Assembly: GCF_000017305.1 (NCBI RefSeq)
Contig: NC_009664.2
Coordinates: 2,790,001 to 2,822,000 of the forward strand
Source of the DNA: Kineococcus radiotolerans SRS30216 = ATCC BAA-149
Lineage (GTDB): Bacteria > Actinomycetota > Actinomycetes > Actinomycetales > Kineococcaceae
Length of the DNA: 32,000 bases
Reading direction: 5' to 3'
Positions 23,461 to 32,000 of this stretch are shown here, piece after piece. The position numbers were made by a program, and so were the translations under genes. The notes under the pieces were generated by a model, which was given only the letters and a program-made list of their open reading frames with translations, was not told the DNA's origin and did no database searches. Numbering within the stretch: the stretch's first letter is position 1; every line of letters begins with the position of its first letter.

Positions 23461-24402
23461 TCAGCCGCCGGTCCCGCCCGGGGCGGGCACCGACGCGGCG
23501 AGCCGGTCGGCGAAAGCCGCCGCGGGCCCGGCCGCCGGGGTGTCGCCGCGGACCAGGACGGTGAGGTCGCGCCCGAGCGGGGGGTCCAGCGGCAGGGCCA
23601 CCACGTCGGGGCGGCGGTGGGCGCTCAGGGCGAGCCCGGGCAGGACCGCCGCGCCCTGCCCGGCGGCCACCATCGCCTGCATGAGCACGTGGTCGTCGGT
23701 GACCTGGTGGTGCAGGCGGGTCCGGACGCCGGCGCGGGCGCAGTGCCGCTCCCAGCGCGCGCGGCAGGTCGGGCAGCCGGCGAGGACGGTGGCGTCCTCC
23801 AGCGCGGCGAGGGGGACCCGCGCCCGCCCCGCCAGGGGGTGGGTCCCGGGCAGCACGACCAGGAGGGGGTCGCGCCCGGCCGGGCGGGCGTGCAGGCCCG
23901 CGGCACCCGCCCCGCCGGGACCGACCCCGGGAGCGACGTCGTCGAAGACGACGGCGACGTCGGCGGCGCCCTCGCGCAGGGCCCGGAACGCCTCCGGGGG
24001 TTCGGCCTGGAGGACGTCGACGGCCACCCCGGGGGCGCTGATCGCGAGGGCCCGGACGGCGTCGAGCACGATCGTGGCGCAGGCGGTGGGGAAGGCGGCG
24101 ACGCGCAGGCGCGCGGGCCGGTCGGTGGCCAGGCCGGCCAGGCAGTCGCCGGCGCCGCGCAGCGCGGCGGCGACGTCGGCGGCGTGGCGGGCCAGGACCG
24201 CCCCGGCCTCCGTGGGGCGCACCCCGCGCCCGTAGCGCTCGACGAGGGCGCAACCGGCGGCGCGTTCCAGCCGGCGCACGTGCTGGGACACCGCCGGGTG
24301 GGTCCACCCGAGGACGCGCGCGGCGCCCGACAGCGACCCGTGGCGGACGACGAGGTGGAGCACGACGAGGCTGCGGGGGTCCAGGGCCAGCGGGCTCGTC
24401 AC
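23461..24402 (-). CDS. LysR family transcriptional regulator
   Basis: N-terminal HTH: LVVLHLVVRHGSLSGAARVLGWTHPAVSQHVRRLERAAGCALVER. About 310 aa. Divergent from the racemase gene. Confidence 0.9.
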   Translation of the reverse strand: MTSPLALDPRSLVVLHLVVRHGSLSGAARVLGWTHPAVSQHVRRLERAAGCALVERYGRGVRPTEAGAVLARHAADVAAALRGAGDCLAGLATDRPARLRVAAFPTACATIVLDAVRALAISAPGVAVDVLQAEPPEAFRALREGAADVAVVFDDVAPGVGPGGAGAAGLHARPAGRDPLLVVLPGTHPLAGRARVPLAALEDATVLAGCPTCRARWERHCARAGVRTRLHHQVTDDHVLMQAMVAAGQGAAVLPGLALSAHRRPDVVALPLDPPLGRDLTVLVRGDTPAAGPAAAFADRLAASVPAPGGTGG

Positions 24403-24410
24403 GGAGCCAG

Positions 24411-24434
24411 GGTGACATGGAAGTCCTGGTGACA
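24411..24434. promoter_or_regulatory. Direct repeat GGTGACA x2 (17-nt period) in the LysR/racemase intergenic region
   Basis: ggtgaca at 24411-24417 and 24428-24434, flanked by ccagg / cctgg. It lies in the 88-bp divergent control region. Functional assignment is speculative. Confidence 0.2.
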
Positions 24435-24490
24435 GGTGGTGTTGCGAGATCGCTCTTCTCCTTGGGTGCGGGGGCGGTCAGGCTGGGGGC

Positions 24491-25192
24491 GTGCAGAGGA
24501 TCGGGATCATCGGGGGCATGAGCTGGGAGTCGACCGCGGAGTACCTGCGGTCGCTGAACCAGGGGGTCCGCGAGCGCCTGGGGGGGCTGCACTCGGCGCG
24601 GCTCGTGGTGGCGACGGTCGACTTCGCCGCCGTCGAGCCGCTGCAGGTCGCCGGCCGCTGGGGGGAGGCCGGCGACCTGCTCGCCGCGGAGGCGAGGGGC
24701 CTCGAGGCGGCGGGGGCGGACCTGCTGCTCATCGCCACGAACACCATGCACCGGGTCTTCGACGCCGTCGCGGGCGCGGTGTCGGTGCCGGTCCTGCACC
24801 TGGCCGACGTCACGGCCGTGGCGGTGCGGGCGGCGGGGCTCAGCCGGGTCGGCCTGCTCGCGACCCGCTACACGATGGAGCAGGACTTCTACCGCGCGCG
24901 GCTGGCCGAGGGGGGCGTGACGACGATCGTCCCGGGGGAGGCGGACCGCGAGGAGGTCCAGCGGATCGTGTTCGAGGAGCTGTGCGTGGGCCGCGTCGAG
25001 GACGCCTCCCGCCGCCGGCTGCTCGCCGTCGCCGCCGGCCTGGTCGCCGCCGGGGCCGAGGGGATCGTGCTGGGGTGCACGGAGCTGGAGCTCAGCGTGG
25101 GGCCGGACGACGCGCACGGCCTCGCCGTCCCGGTGTTCCCCACCACCGCCCTGCACTGCCGGGCCGCGCTGGACCTGGCCCTGGGGGGCTGA
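24491..25192 (+). CDS. Asp/Glu racemase superfamily protein, YgeA-like
   Basis: MQRIGIIGGMSWESTAEYLRSLNQGVRERLGGLHSA, LLLIATNTMH and IVLGCTELEL are near-collinear with my recollection of E. coli YgeA. GTG start. Confidence 0.9.
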   Translation: MQRIGIIGGMSWESTAEYLRSLNQGVRERLGGLHSARLVVATVDFAAVEPLQVAGRWGEAGDLLAAEARGLEAAGADLLLIATNTMHRVFDAVAGAVSVPVLHLADVTAVAVRAAGLSRVGLLATRYTMEQDFYRARLAEGGVTTIVPGEADREEVQRIVFEELCVGRVEDASRRRLLAVAAGLVAAGAEGIVLGCTELELSVGPDDAHGLAVPVFPTTALHCRAALDLALGG

Positions 25193-25196
25193 GGCC

Positions 25197-25228
25197 CCGC
25201 CGGGGTTCCGCCGGGTTCCGCCGGGGTC
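25197..25228. repeat. Three tandem copies of a 10-11 nt unit CCGCCGGG(G)T(T/C) between convergent racemase and GGDEF genes
   Basis: ccgccggggtt (25197-25207), ccgccgggtt (25208-25217), ccgccggggtc (25218-25228). They fill most of the 40-nt gap. Confidence 0.7.
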
Positions 25229-25232
25229 GCGC

Positions 25233-26759
25233 TCAGACCCCGTCGACGGCCAGCACGCTGCGGCAGCCGCCGGCCCGCTTCGCCGCGTACATCGCGGCGT
25301 CGGCCCGCGCCAGCAGCGCCTCCGCCGCGTCGCCGGGCGCGGCGGGGGCGATGCCCACGCTGGCGCCGATGGTGGCGGGGCCGGCGGTGAGCAGGAACGG
25401 TTCGCGCAGGGCCGTGACCACCGCGTCGCCGGTGTCCTCGACGACACCGGGCAGCCGGTCGGGCAGCAGGACGGCGAACTCGTCCCCGCCCAGGCGCGCC
25501 GGCCACGCCTCCGCCCCGACGGTGCCCCGCAGCCGCCGGGACACCTCCACGAGCAGCTCGTCGCCGGCCGCGTGGCCCAGGGTGTCGTTGACGGCCTTGA
25601 ACCCGTCGAGGTCGACGAAGAGGACCGCGACGGCGGCGTCGGCCGCGACCGCGGCGGCCAGCCGCTGGGTGAACGCCCGCCGGTTGCCCAGCCCCGTGAG
25701 GGGGTCCAGCAGCGCGGCCGCCTCGGCCGCCTCGGCCTGCGCGACCCGGTGCACCGCGGTCGCCGCGATGAGCGCCAGGGCCTCCACGACGGAGGTGTCG
25801 AAGCTCGCGGCGTCGCGGTTGGCGGAGGCGGGCGCGACCAGCCAGCGCGGCGCGCCGCGGGGACCGGCCGGCAGGGGGCGCCCGTCCTCCCCGGTGCCCG
25901 GGGGGCGGTCCAGGACCCGCAGGCGCCCGCGGGACAGCAGCGCGGACCCGTGCTGCTCCAGCGCGGCCACCAGCTCCCCGTCGGTGGTGACGGTGTGCAT
26001 CCGCACCGAGGCCTGGAACAGCTCGTGCTGCTGCGCGCGCCGCTGCTGGGCGGTCCGCCAGCCGCGGGCGGCGACGACGACCGCCGCGGCGGGCAGGACG
26101 GTGAGGTTGGTGACCCAGCCGGGCATCGACAGGTCGACCGCGGCGGAGAGGTAGCCGAGGCTGGCCACGACGAGGAACAGCGCCCCGCCGACGAGGGTCC
26201 CCGGCTGCAGCAGCTCCCCGGACACCCGCCGCCGGTGCTCCACGGCGATCGAGACCGCGGACAGGACGGCGTCGAGGAGGTAGTAGGTGCCGGCCCCGGC
26301 CAGGACGGCGAGGAGCTGGCGCGGGGTGACGGGGTCGACCGGTTGCAGCCCGACCGCCACCAGGGTCGCCGCCAGCCCGGCCAGCACGGAGGAACCGCCG
26401 TTGAAGAGGCGGCTGGTCCACTCCCGGGGGTCGAGGAGGTGGGCGGGCAGCGTCGCGAGCGTCCAGGCCAGCAGCGCCGTCGCCGGCTCGGCGTGGTGCG
26501 CGGTGAGCAGGAAGAAGAGCAGCACCGGGGCGAAGGGCACGAGGATGCCGCTGTTGATCCCGGTGACCATCAGCGGGAAGCGGGTCAGCACCCAGCCCAC
26601 GGGCAGGGCGATGACCAGGGCCGTCAGCAGGGCCGGGTCCGAGCCCGCGCCGCGCCAGGCCAGCAGCGCCCCCGCGAGGACCGCGAGGCCCAGCGCGAAG
26701 ACCGCCGTGTCGACGAGCACCGACGCGCTCGGGCGGCGGGACCTCCGGCTGGACTCCAC
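25233..26759 (-). CDS. Membrane-anchored diguanylate cyclase (polytopic N-terminal domain + GGDEF domain)
   Basis: About 7-8 hydrophobic segments in the first 260 aa or so. LDPLTGLGNRRAF, FVDLDGFKAVNDTLGHAAGDELL and RLGGDEFAVLL (GGDEF at 25476-25490). GTG start. Confidence 0.87.
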   Translation of the reverse strand: MESSRRSRRPSASVLVDTAVFALGLAVLAGALLAWRGAGSDPALLTALVIALPVGWVLTRFPLMVTGINSGILVPFAPVLLFFLLTAHHAEPATALLAWTLATLPAHLLDPREWTSRLFNGGSSVLAGLAATLVAVGLQPVDPVTPRQLLAVLAGAGTYYLLDAVLSAVSIAVEHRRRVSGELLQPGTLVGGALFLVVASLGYLSAAVDLSMPGWVTNLTVLPAAAVVVAARGWRTAQQRRAQQHELFQASVRMHTVTTDGELVAALEQHGSALLSRGRLRVLDRPPGTGEDGRPLPAGPRGAPRWLVAPASANRDAASFDTSVVEALALIAATAVHRVAQAEAAEAAALLDPLTGLGNRRAFTQRLAAAVAADAAVAVLFVDLDGFKAVNDTLGHAAGDELLVEVSRRLRGTVGAEAWPARLGGDEFAVLLPDRLPGVVEDTGDAVVTALREPFLLTAGPATIGASVGIAPAAPGDAAEALLARADAAMYAAKRAGGCRSVLAVDGV

Positions 26760-26851
26760 GTCCTCACGTCGGCAGGTGCGGGGCGGTCCTTGAGCCCCCG
26801 CGGCGGCGGTAGCCTGGACCCGCCGATCCCCCTCTCGAAGGAGCGCCGCGC

Positions 26852-27118
26852 ATGGGCCGCGTCGTCATCGACGTCATGCCGAAACCCGAGATCCTCGACC
26901 CGCAGGGGAAGGCCGTCGTCGGCGCTCTCCCGCGCCTGGGCTTCGATCTCTTCACCAGCGTCCGCCAGGGCAAGCGCTTCGAGCTGGAGGTGGCCGGCGA
27001 GGTCACCCCGGAGGTCCTCGCGCAGGCCCGCCGGGCCGCCGAGACGCTCCTGTCGAACCCGGTCATCGAGGACGTCGTGAGCGTCCGCGAGGCGGACCCT
27101 GCGGAGGCCTCGGCGTGA
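26852..27118 (+). CDS. purS: Phosphoribosylformylglycinamidine synthase subunit PurS
   Basis: [22 protein letters not shown]... is the typical PurS sequence. 88 aa. AAGGAG lies 8 nt upstream. Overlaps the purQ start (GTGA). Confidence 0.93.
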   Translation: MGRVVIDVMPKPEILDPQGKAVVGALPRLGFDLFTSVRQGKRFELEVAGEVTPEVLAQARRAAETLLSNPVIEDVVSVREADPAEASA

Positions 27119-27788
27119 GGGTCGGCGTCGTCACCTTCCCCGGCTCCCTCGACGACGGCGACGCGCGCCGCGCCGTGACCCTCGCCGGCGGCGAGGCCGT
27201 CGCGCTGTGGCACGCCGACGCCGACCTGCACGGGGTCGACGCGGTCGTCCTGCCGGGCGGCTTCTCCTACGGCGACTACCTGCGCTGCGGCGCCATCGCC
27301 CGCTTCGCCCCGGTCATGACCGAGGTCGTGCGCGCGGCGGGGGGCGGGATGCCGGTCCTCGGCATCTGCAACGGCTTCCAGGTGCTGTGCGAGTCGCACC
27401 TGCTGCCCGGTGCGCTGGTCCGCAACGACCACCAGAAGTTCCTGTGCAAGGACCAGCGGCTGCGGGTGGAGTCGTCGGCCACCGCCTGGACCTCGACGTT
27501 CGAGGCGGGGCAGGAGATCACGATCCCGCTGAAGAACGGCGAGGGCGGCTTCGTCGCCGACACGGCCACCCTGGACCGCCTGGAGGGCGAGGGCCGCGTG
27601 GTCTTCCGCTACCTCGACGGCAACCCCAACGGGTCGCTGCGCGACATCGCCGGCATCAGCAACGAGCGCGGCAACGTGGTGGGGCTCATGCCGCACCCCG
27701 AGCACGCCGTGGAGGAGCTCTTCGGGCCCGGGCTGGACGGCCTCGGCCTGTTCACCTCGGTGCTCACCGCCGGGCTGGAGGCGCTCGC

Positions 27789-27792
<4 letters not shown>
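27115..27792 (+). CDS. purQ: Phosphoribosylformylglycinamidine synthase, glutaminase subunit PurQ
   Basis: [11 protein letters not shown] (nucleophile Cys) and MPHPEHAVE (His/Glu) mark a class I amidotransferase. Sits between purS and purL. Confidence 0.95.
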
Positions 27793-30107
<2,315 letters not shown>

Positions 30108-30111
30108 ACGG

Positions 30112-30140
30112 CGGGGCGGGACCGGACCGGTCCCGCCCCG
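30112..30140. terminator. 29-nt perfect palindrome (14-bp arms) after purL, between convergent genes
   Basis: cggggcgggaccgg (30112-30125), then a, then ccggtcccgccccg (30127-30140). It begins 5 nt after the purL stop. Confidence 0.55.
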
Positions 30141-30172
30141 CCGGCCTGGTCAGGTCGGACCGGCCGGGTCCC

Positions 30173-30532
30173 TCACGGCCGGCCCCACAGGGCGAGGAGG
30201 AGCAGCGGGACGAACAGGACCGCCTGGGGCACCCCGACCAGCAGCGCGGTGGCGCGGACGTCGGCCCGCGCCCTCGCCGCGATGCCCGCGGCGAGGGGGA
30301 CGGGGGTGCCGACGGCGACGGCGCCCATCGCGAGCAGCAGCGGCCACGGGGCCTCGCCGGGGTCGAGGACGGCCCACGCCACCGCCTGGGCGAGGAGCGG
30401 GAGCGCCACGGCGACCAGGACCCCTCCGCCGACCACGGCTCCCGCCGTGGACGCCGTGGCGCGTGCGGGGGTGGGTGCGGGCTCCGGATCCCGCTGGCGC
30501 ACCCGCGTCCAGGTCCACGTCACGGCGGTCAC
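30173..30532 (-). CDS. Small hypothetical membrane protein (about 119 aa, 3 hydrophobic segments)
   Basis: The minus frame has near-uniform G/C at third positions (e.g. gtc ctg ttc gtc ccg ctg ctc ctc ctc gcc ctg tgg ggc cgg ccg tga). Hydrophobic stretches: VLVAVALPLLAQAVAWAV, LLLAMGAVAVGTPVPLAAGIA, LLVGVPQAVLFVPLLLLALW. The start is uncertain: GTG 30532 or 30523, and the track start 30685 runs into the intergenic region. No family recognised. Confidence 0.5.
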   Translation of the reverse strand: MTAVTWTWTRVRQRDPEPAPTPARATASTAGAVVGGGVLVAVALPLLAQAVAWAVLDPGEAPWPLLLAMGAVAVGTPVPLAAGIAARARADVRATALLVGVPQAVLFVPLLLLALWGRP

Positions 30533-30580
30533 CGTAGCGGGTGGGAGTTCCCCGCCCCCGGACCGCGCCCCTCCGACTTT

Positions 30581-30637
30581 CCTGCCACTCAAGTGTTGCC
30601 TGCCGGGCAAGTGACGAGTAGCTTTCTCGTCAGGCAA
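30581..30637. promoter_or_regulatory. Repeat-rich operator-like region: direct repeat CCTGCC-N3-CAAGTG x2 plus nested inverted repeats
   Basis: cctgccactcaagtg (30581-30595) and cctgccgggcaagtg (30599-30613). gacgag (30613-30618) / ctcgtc (30626-30631) bracket tagcttt. ttgcctg (30596-30602) / caggcaa (30631-30637). CAAG occurs 4 times in 53 nt. By my hand count, GC over 30576-30650 is about 55% (41/75). Confidence 0.4.
30596..30624 (+). promoter_or_regulatory. Sigma-70-like promoter candidate TTGCCT-N17-TAGCTT for the membrane-protein/wHTH operon
   Basis: ttgcct (30596-30601), a 17-nt spacer, then tagctt (30619-30624, TAnnnT). About 40 nt upstream of GTG 30667, with GGGAGGA RBS at 30652-30658. 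Confidence 0.35.
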
Positions 30638-30666
30638 GCAAGCACTCGAACGGGAGGAACCCCACC

Positions 30667-31092
30667 GTGGACGCTCGCGAAGCACAGCAGGCCCTGACCC
30701 TGGCCGCCCGGCGCCGCCAGCAGACCATCACCGCCGGGACCGCCCCCTGGACCCGCGGGCAGGTGTGGAGCCTGTGCTCCTGCGCCCTGGCCCTGGGCGT
30801 CCTCACCGACGCGGGCATGGTCTGGCTGTGGCTGGTCCTGGTGCTCACGGGCGTCGGGGTCGCCTGGCAGCGCGGGGTGCGCCTGAAGCCCACCCGCGCC
30901 TCCAGCCGCTGGCAGACCGCCCTGGTCGCCACCTTCGTCCCCGCGGCCGCGGTGGACGTCGCCTTCCAGGCGGTCGCGCGGGGGCTGGACTGGCCGCTGC
31001 CCAACACCGTCGGCATGGTCGGCGCCTGCCTGGTCATCGTCACCCTGACCCGCGCGGTGCAGGCCCGGATGGCTGCGAGCCTGCGCCCGTGA
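30667..31092 (+). CDS. Hypothetical membrane protein (141 aa, about 4 hydrophobic segments)
   Basis: GTG 30667 lies 8 nt after GGGAGGA. High GC3. Hydrophobic stretches: WSLCSCALALGVL, MVWLWLVLVLTGVGVAW, ALVATFVPAAAVDVAF, MVGACLVIVTL. Its stop overlaps the start of the next gene (GTGA). No family recognised. Confidence 0.65.
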   Translation: MDAREAQQALTLAARRRQQTITAGTAPWTRGQVWSLCSCALALGVLTDAGMVWLWLVLVLTGVGVAWQRGVRLKPTRASSRWQTALVATFVPAAAVDVAFQAVARGLDWPLPNTVGMVGACLVIVTLTRAVQARMAASLRP

Positions 31093-31451
31093 CCACCGCG
31101 CCCGACGCCCAGCCCGCCGCCGCTGCCGCGACCCCCTCCGGCGCGGGGGGCGCCGCGATCGACGAGTTCCTGCACACCCCCGCCCGGCTGAACATCTGCT
31201 CCCTGCTCGCCCCGGCGGACTGGGTGACCTTCTCCTTCCTGCGCGACACCATCGGCACCAGCGACTCCGCCCTCTCCAAGCAGGTCGCCGCCCTGGAGCA
31301 GGTCGGCTACGTCGAGGTCCGCAAGGAGCGCGCGGTGCAGGCGCTGCGGCGCCAGACCTCGGTGCGCCTCACCGCCGCCGGCCGCGACGCCTTCGAGGCC
31401 TACCTGGCCACCCTCGAGCTCCTCGTCGCCCGGGCCCGCGGCGACCGCTAG
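31089..31451 (+). CDS. Small winged-helix transcriptional regulator (ArsR/MarR-like, HTH_34-type)
   Basis: C-terminal 120 codons of track ORF 30765..31451. GTG 31089 overlaps the upstream TGA. FLHTPARLNICSLLAPADWVTFSFLRDTIGTSDSALSKQVAALEQVGYVEVRKE is a typical wHTH recognition-helix plus wing pattern. Confidence 0.75.
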   Translation: MTTAPDAQPAAAAATPSGAGGAAIDEFLHTPARLNICSLLAPADWVTFSFLRDTIGTSDSALSKQVAALEQVGYVEVRKERAVQALRRQTSVRLTAAGRDAFEAYLATLELLVARARGDR

Positions 31452-31606
31452 GACGTGCCCGGCGGGCCGTCGCCGCCGCGCCGCCCCGGTCGTGGGCGGG
31501 GGGTGGGCATGCGGAGGGCGTCTTCGTGGTTGAGTACGGCGCTCACGCCCTGCGACGACACCGTCGGGGGGCACGGGAGTGGACCGCAGCTCGAGGAGAG
31601 GCACTG

Positions 31607-31918
31607 ATGGCGACCGACTACGACGCACCGCGCAAGACCGACGAGGACCTCGACGCGGATTCGATCGAGGAGCTGAAGACCCACCGCACGGACAAGACGT
31701 CGTCCTCCAGCGTGGACGAGGACGAGGCGGAGGCGGCGGAGGGCTTCGAGCTGCCGGGCGCCGACCTGTCCGGGGAGGAGCTCTCGGTGCGGGTCCTGCC
31801 GCGCCAGCAGGACGAGTTCACCTGCACCAGCTGCTTCCTGGTCAAGCACCGCAGCCAGCTGCACGCCAGTTCCGACGTCACCGGCGGCCGGCTGATCTGC
31901 AACGACTGCGCCGCCTGA
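31607..31918 (+). CDS. DUF4193 family protein (acidic N-terminus + CxxC...CxxC zinc-ribbon-like C-terminus)
   Basis: MATDYDAPRKTDEDLDADSIEELK... is the conserved actinobacterial DUF4193 N-terminus. FTCTSCFLVKHRSQL...LICNDCAA. ATG 31607 lies after GAGGAGAG. The track start at 31526 is likely too early. Confidence 0.85.
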   Translation: MATDYDAPRKTDEDLDADSIEELKTHRTDKTSSSSVDEDEAEAAEGFELPGADLSGEELSVRVLPRQQDEFTCTSCFLVKHRSQLHASSDVTGGRLICNDCAA

Positions 31919-31936
31919 GACCGGACGGGGAGGCGG

Positions 31937-31974
31937 CCCGCGCCGGCCGCCGCCCCCGGGCGCGGCGGCGCGGG
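31937..31974 (+). terminator. GC-rich hairpin (13 bp with one bulge) after the DUF4193 gene
   Basis: cccgcgccggccgc (31937-31950) pairs with gcggcggcgcggg (31962-31974), with G31946 bulged. It starts 19 nt after the stop codon. Confidence 0.45.
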
Positions 31975-32000
31975 CGGGCCGGTGCTCCCCCTCGCGCCCG

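Noticed and set aside
22541-25447. 968-aa minus-strand ORF covering the PhzF, LysR, racemase and GGDEF loci.
   Set aside because: It spans four independently recognisable genes on both strands and is extremely Arg/Pro/Gly-rich, so it is a high-GC artefact.
26760-26851. Possible ZTP/purine-type riboswitch upstream of purS.
   Set aside because: I could not find the conserved ZTP (pfl) cores or a purine-riboswitch three-way junction by eye. At 92 nt, shared with the divergent GGDEF promoter, the region is too short. A covariance-model scan would settle it.

Overview
High-GC (visibly >70% G+C, strong GC3 bias) actinobacterial-type chromosomal segment, densely packed with about 31 protein-coding genes. 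I see no rRNA, tRNA, CRISPR array, transposase, integrase or phage genes. All family calls come from reading the supplied translations by eye; no searches were run.

Gene content, left to right:
- the 3' end of an LrgB-like gene
- a CUT1-type ABC importer (lipoprotein SBP plus two permeases, no ATPase) whose last permease overlaps an amidase-signature enzyme
- a divergent MFS(DHA2)/TetR pair
- an Lrp/AsnC regulator divergent from alanine dehydrogenase
- a GCS2 (YbdK-like) carboxylate-amine ligase divergent from a CxxxxC flavoprotein disulfide reductase
- a class IV aminotransferase/ADC-lyase-like gene
- a minus-strand string: PucR regulator, then a GAF-GAF-PP2C-RsbW-like signalling protein, then an MBL-fold hydrolase
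- a class III aminotransferase divergent from the PucR gene
- a methyl-accepting chemotaxis protein followed 23 nt later by an orphan sugar-binding lipoprotein
- pdxY, a PhzF-family isomerase and a LysR regulator, divergent from a YgeA-like racemase
- a membrane GGDEF cyclase
- purS-purQ-purL
- a small-membrane-protein / membrane-protein + winged-helix regulator module
- a DUF4193 gene

Honest assessment: this looks like mostly ordinary core chromosome, not a defence or mobile island. I cannot point to one unambiguous novel system. The best candidates for uncharacterised biology are:
1. the MCP plus orphan binding-protein pair
2. the PucR / GAF-PP2C-RsbW-like / MBL hydrolase string
3. the membrane-protein + wHTH module with its repeat-rich, AT-richer control region
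4. the sugar-type ABC importer coupled to an amidase
5. the GCS2 ligase / disulfide reductase divergon

The many very long alternative-frame and antisense ORFs in the track are high-GC artefacts.
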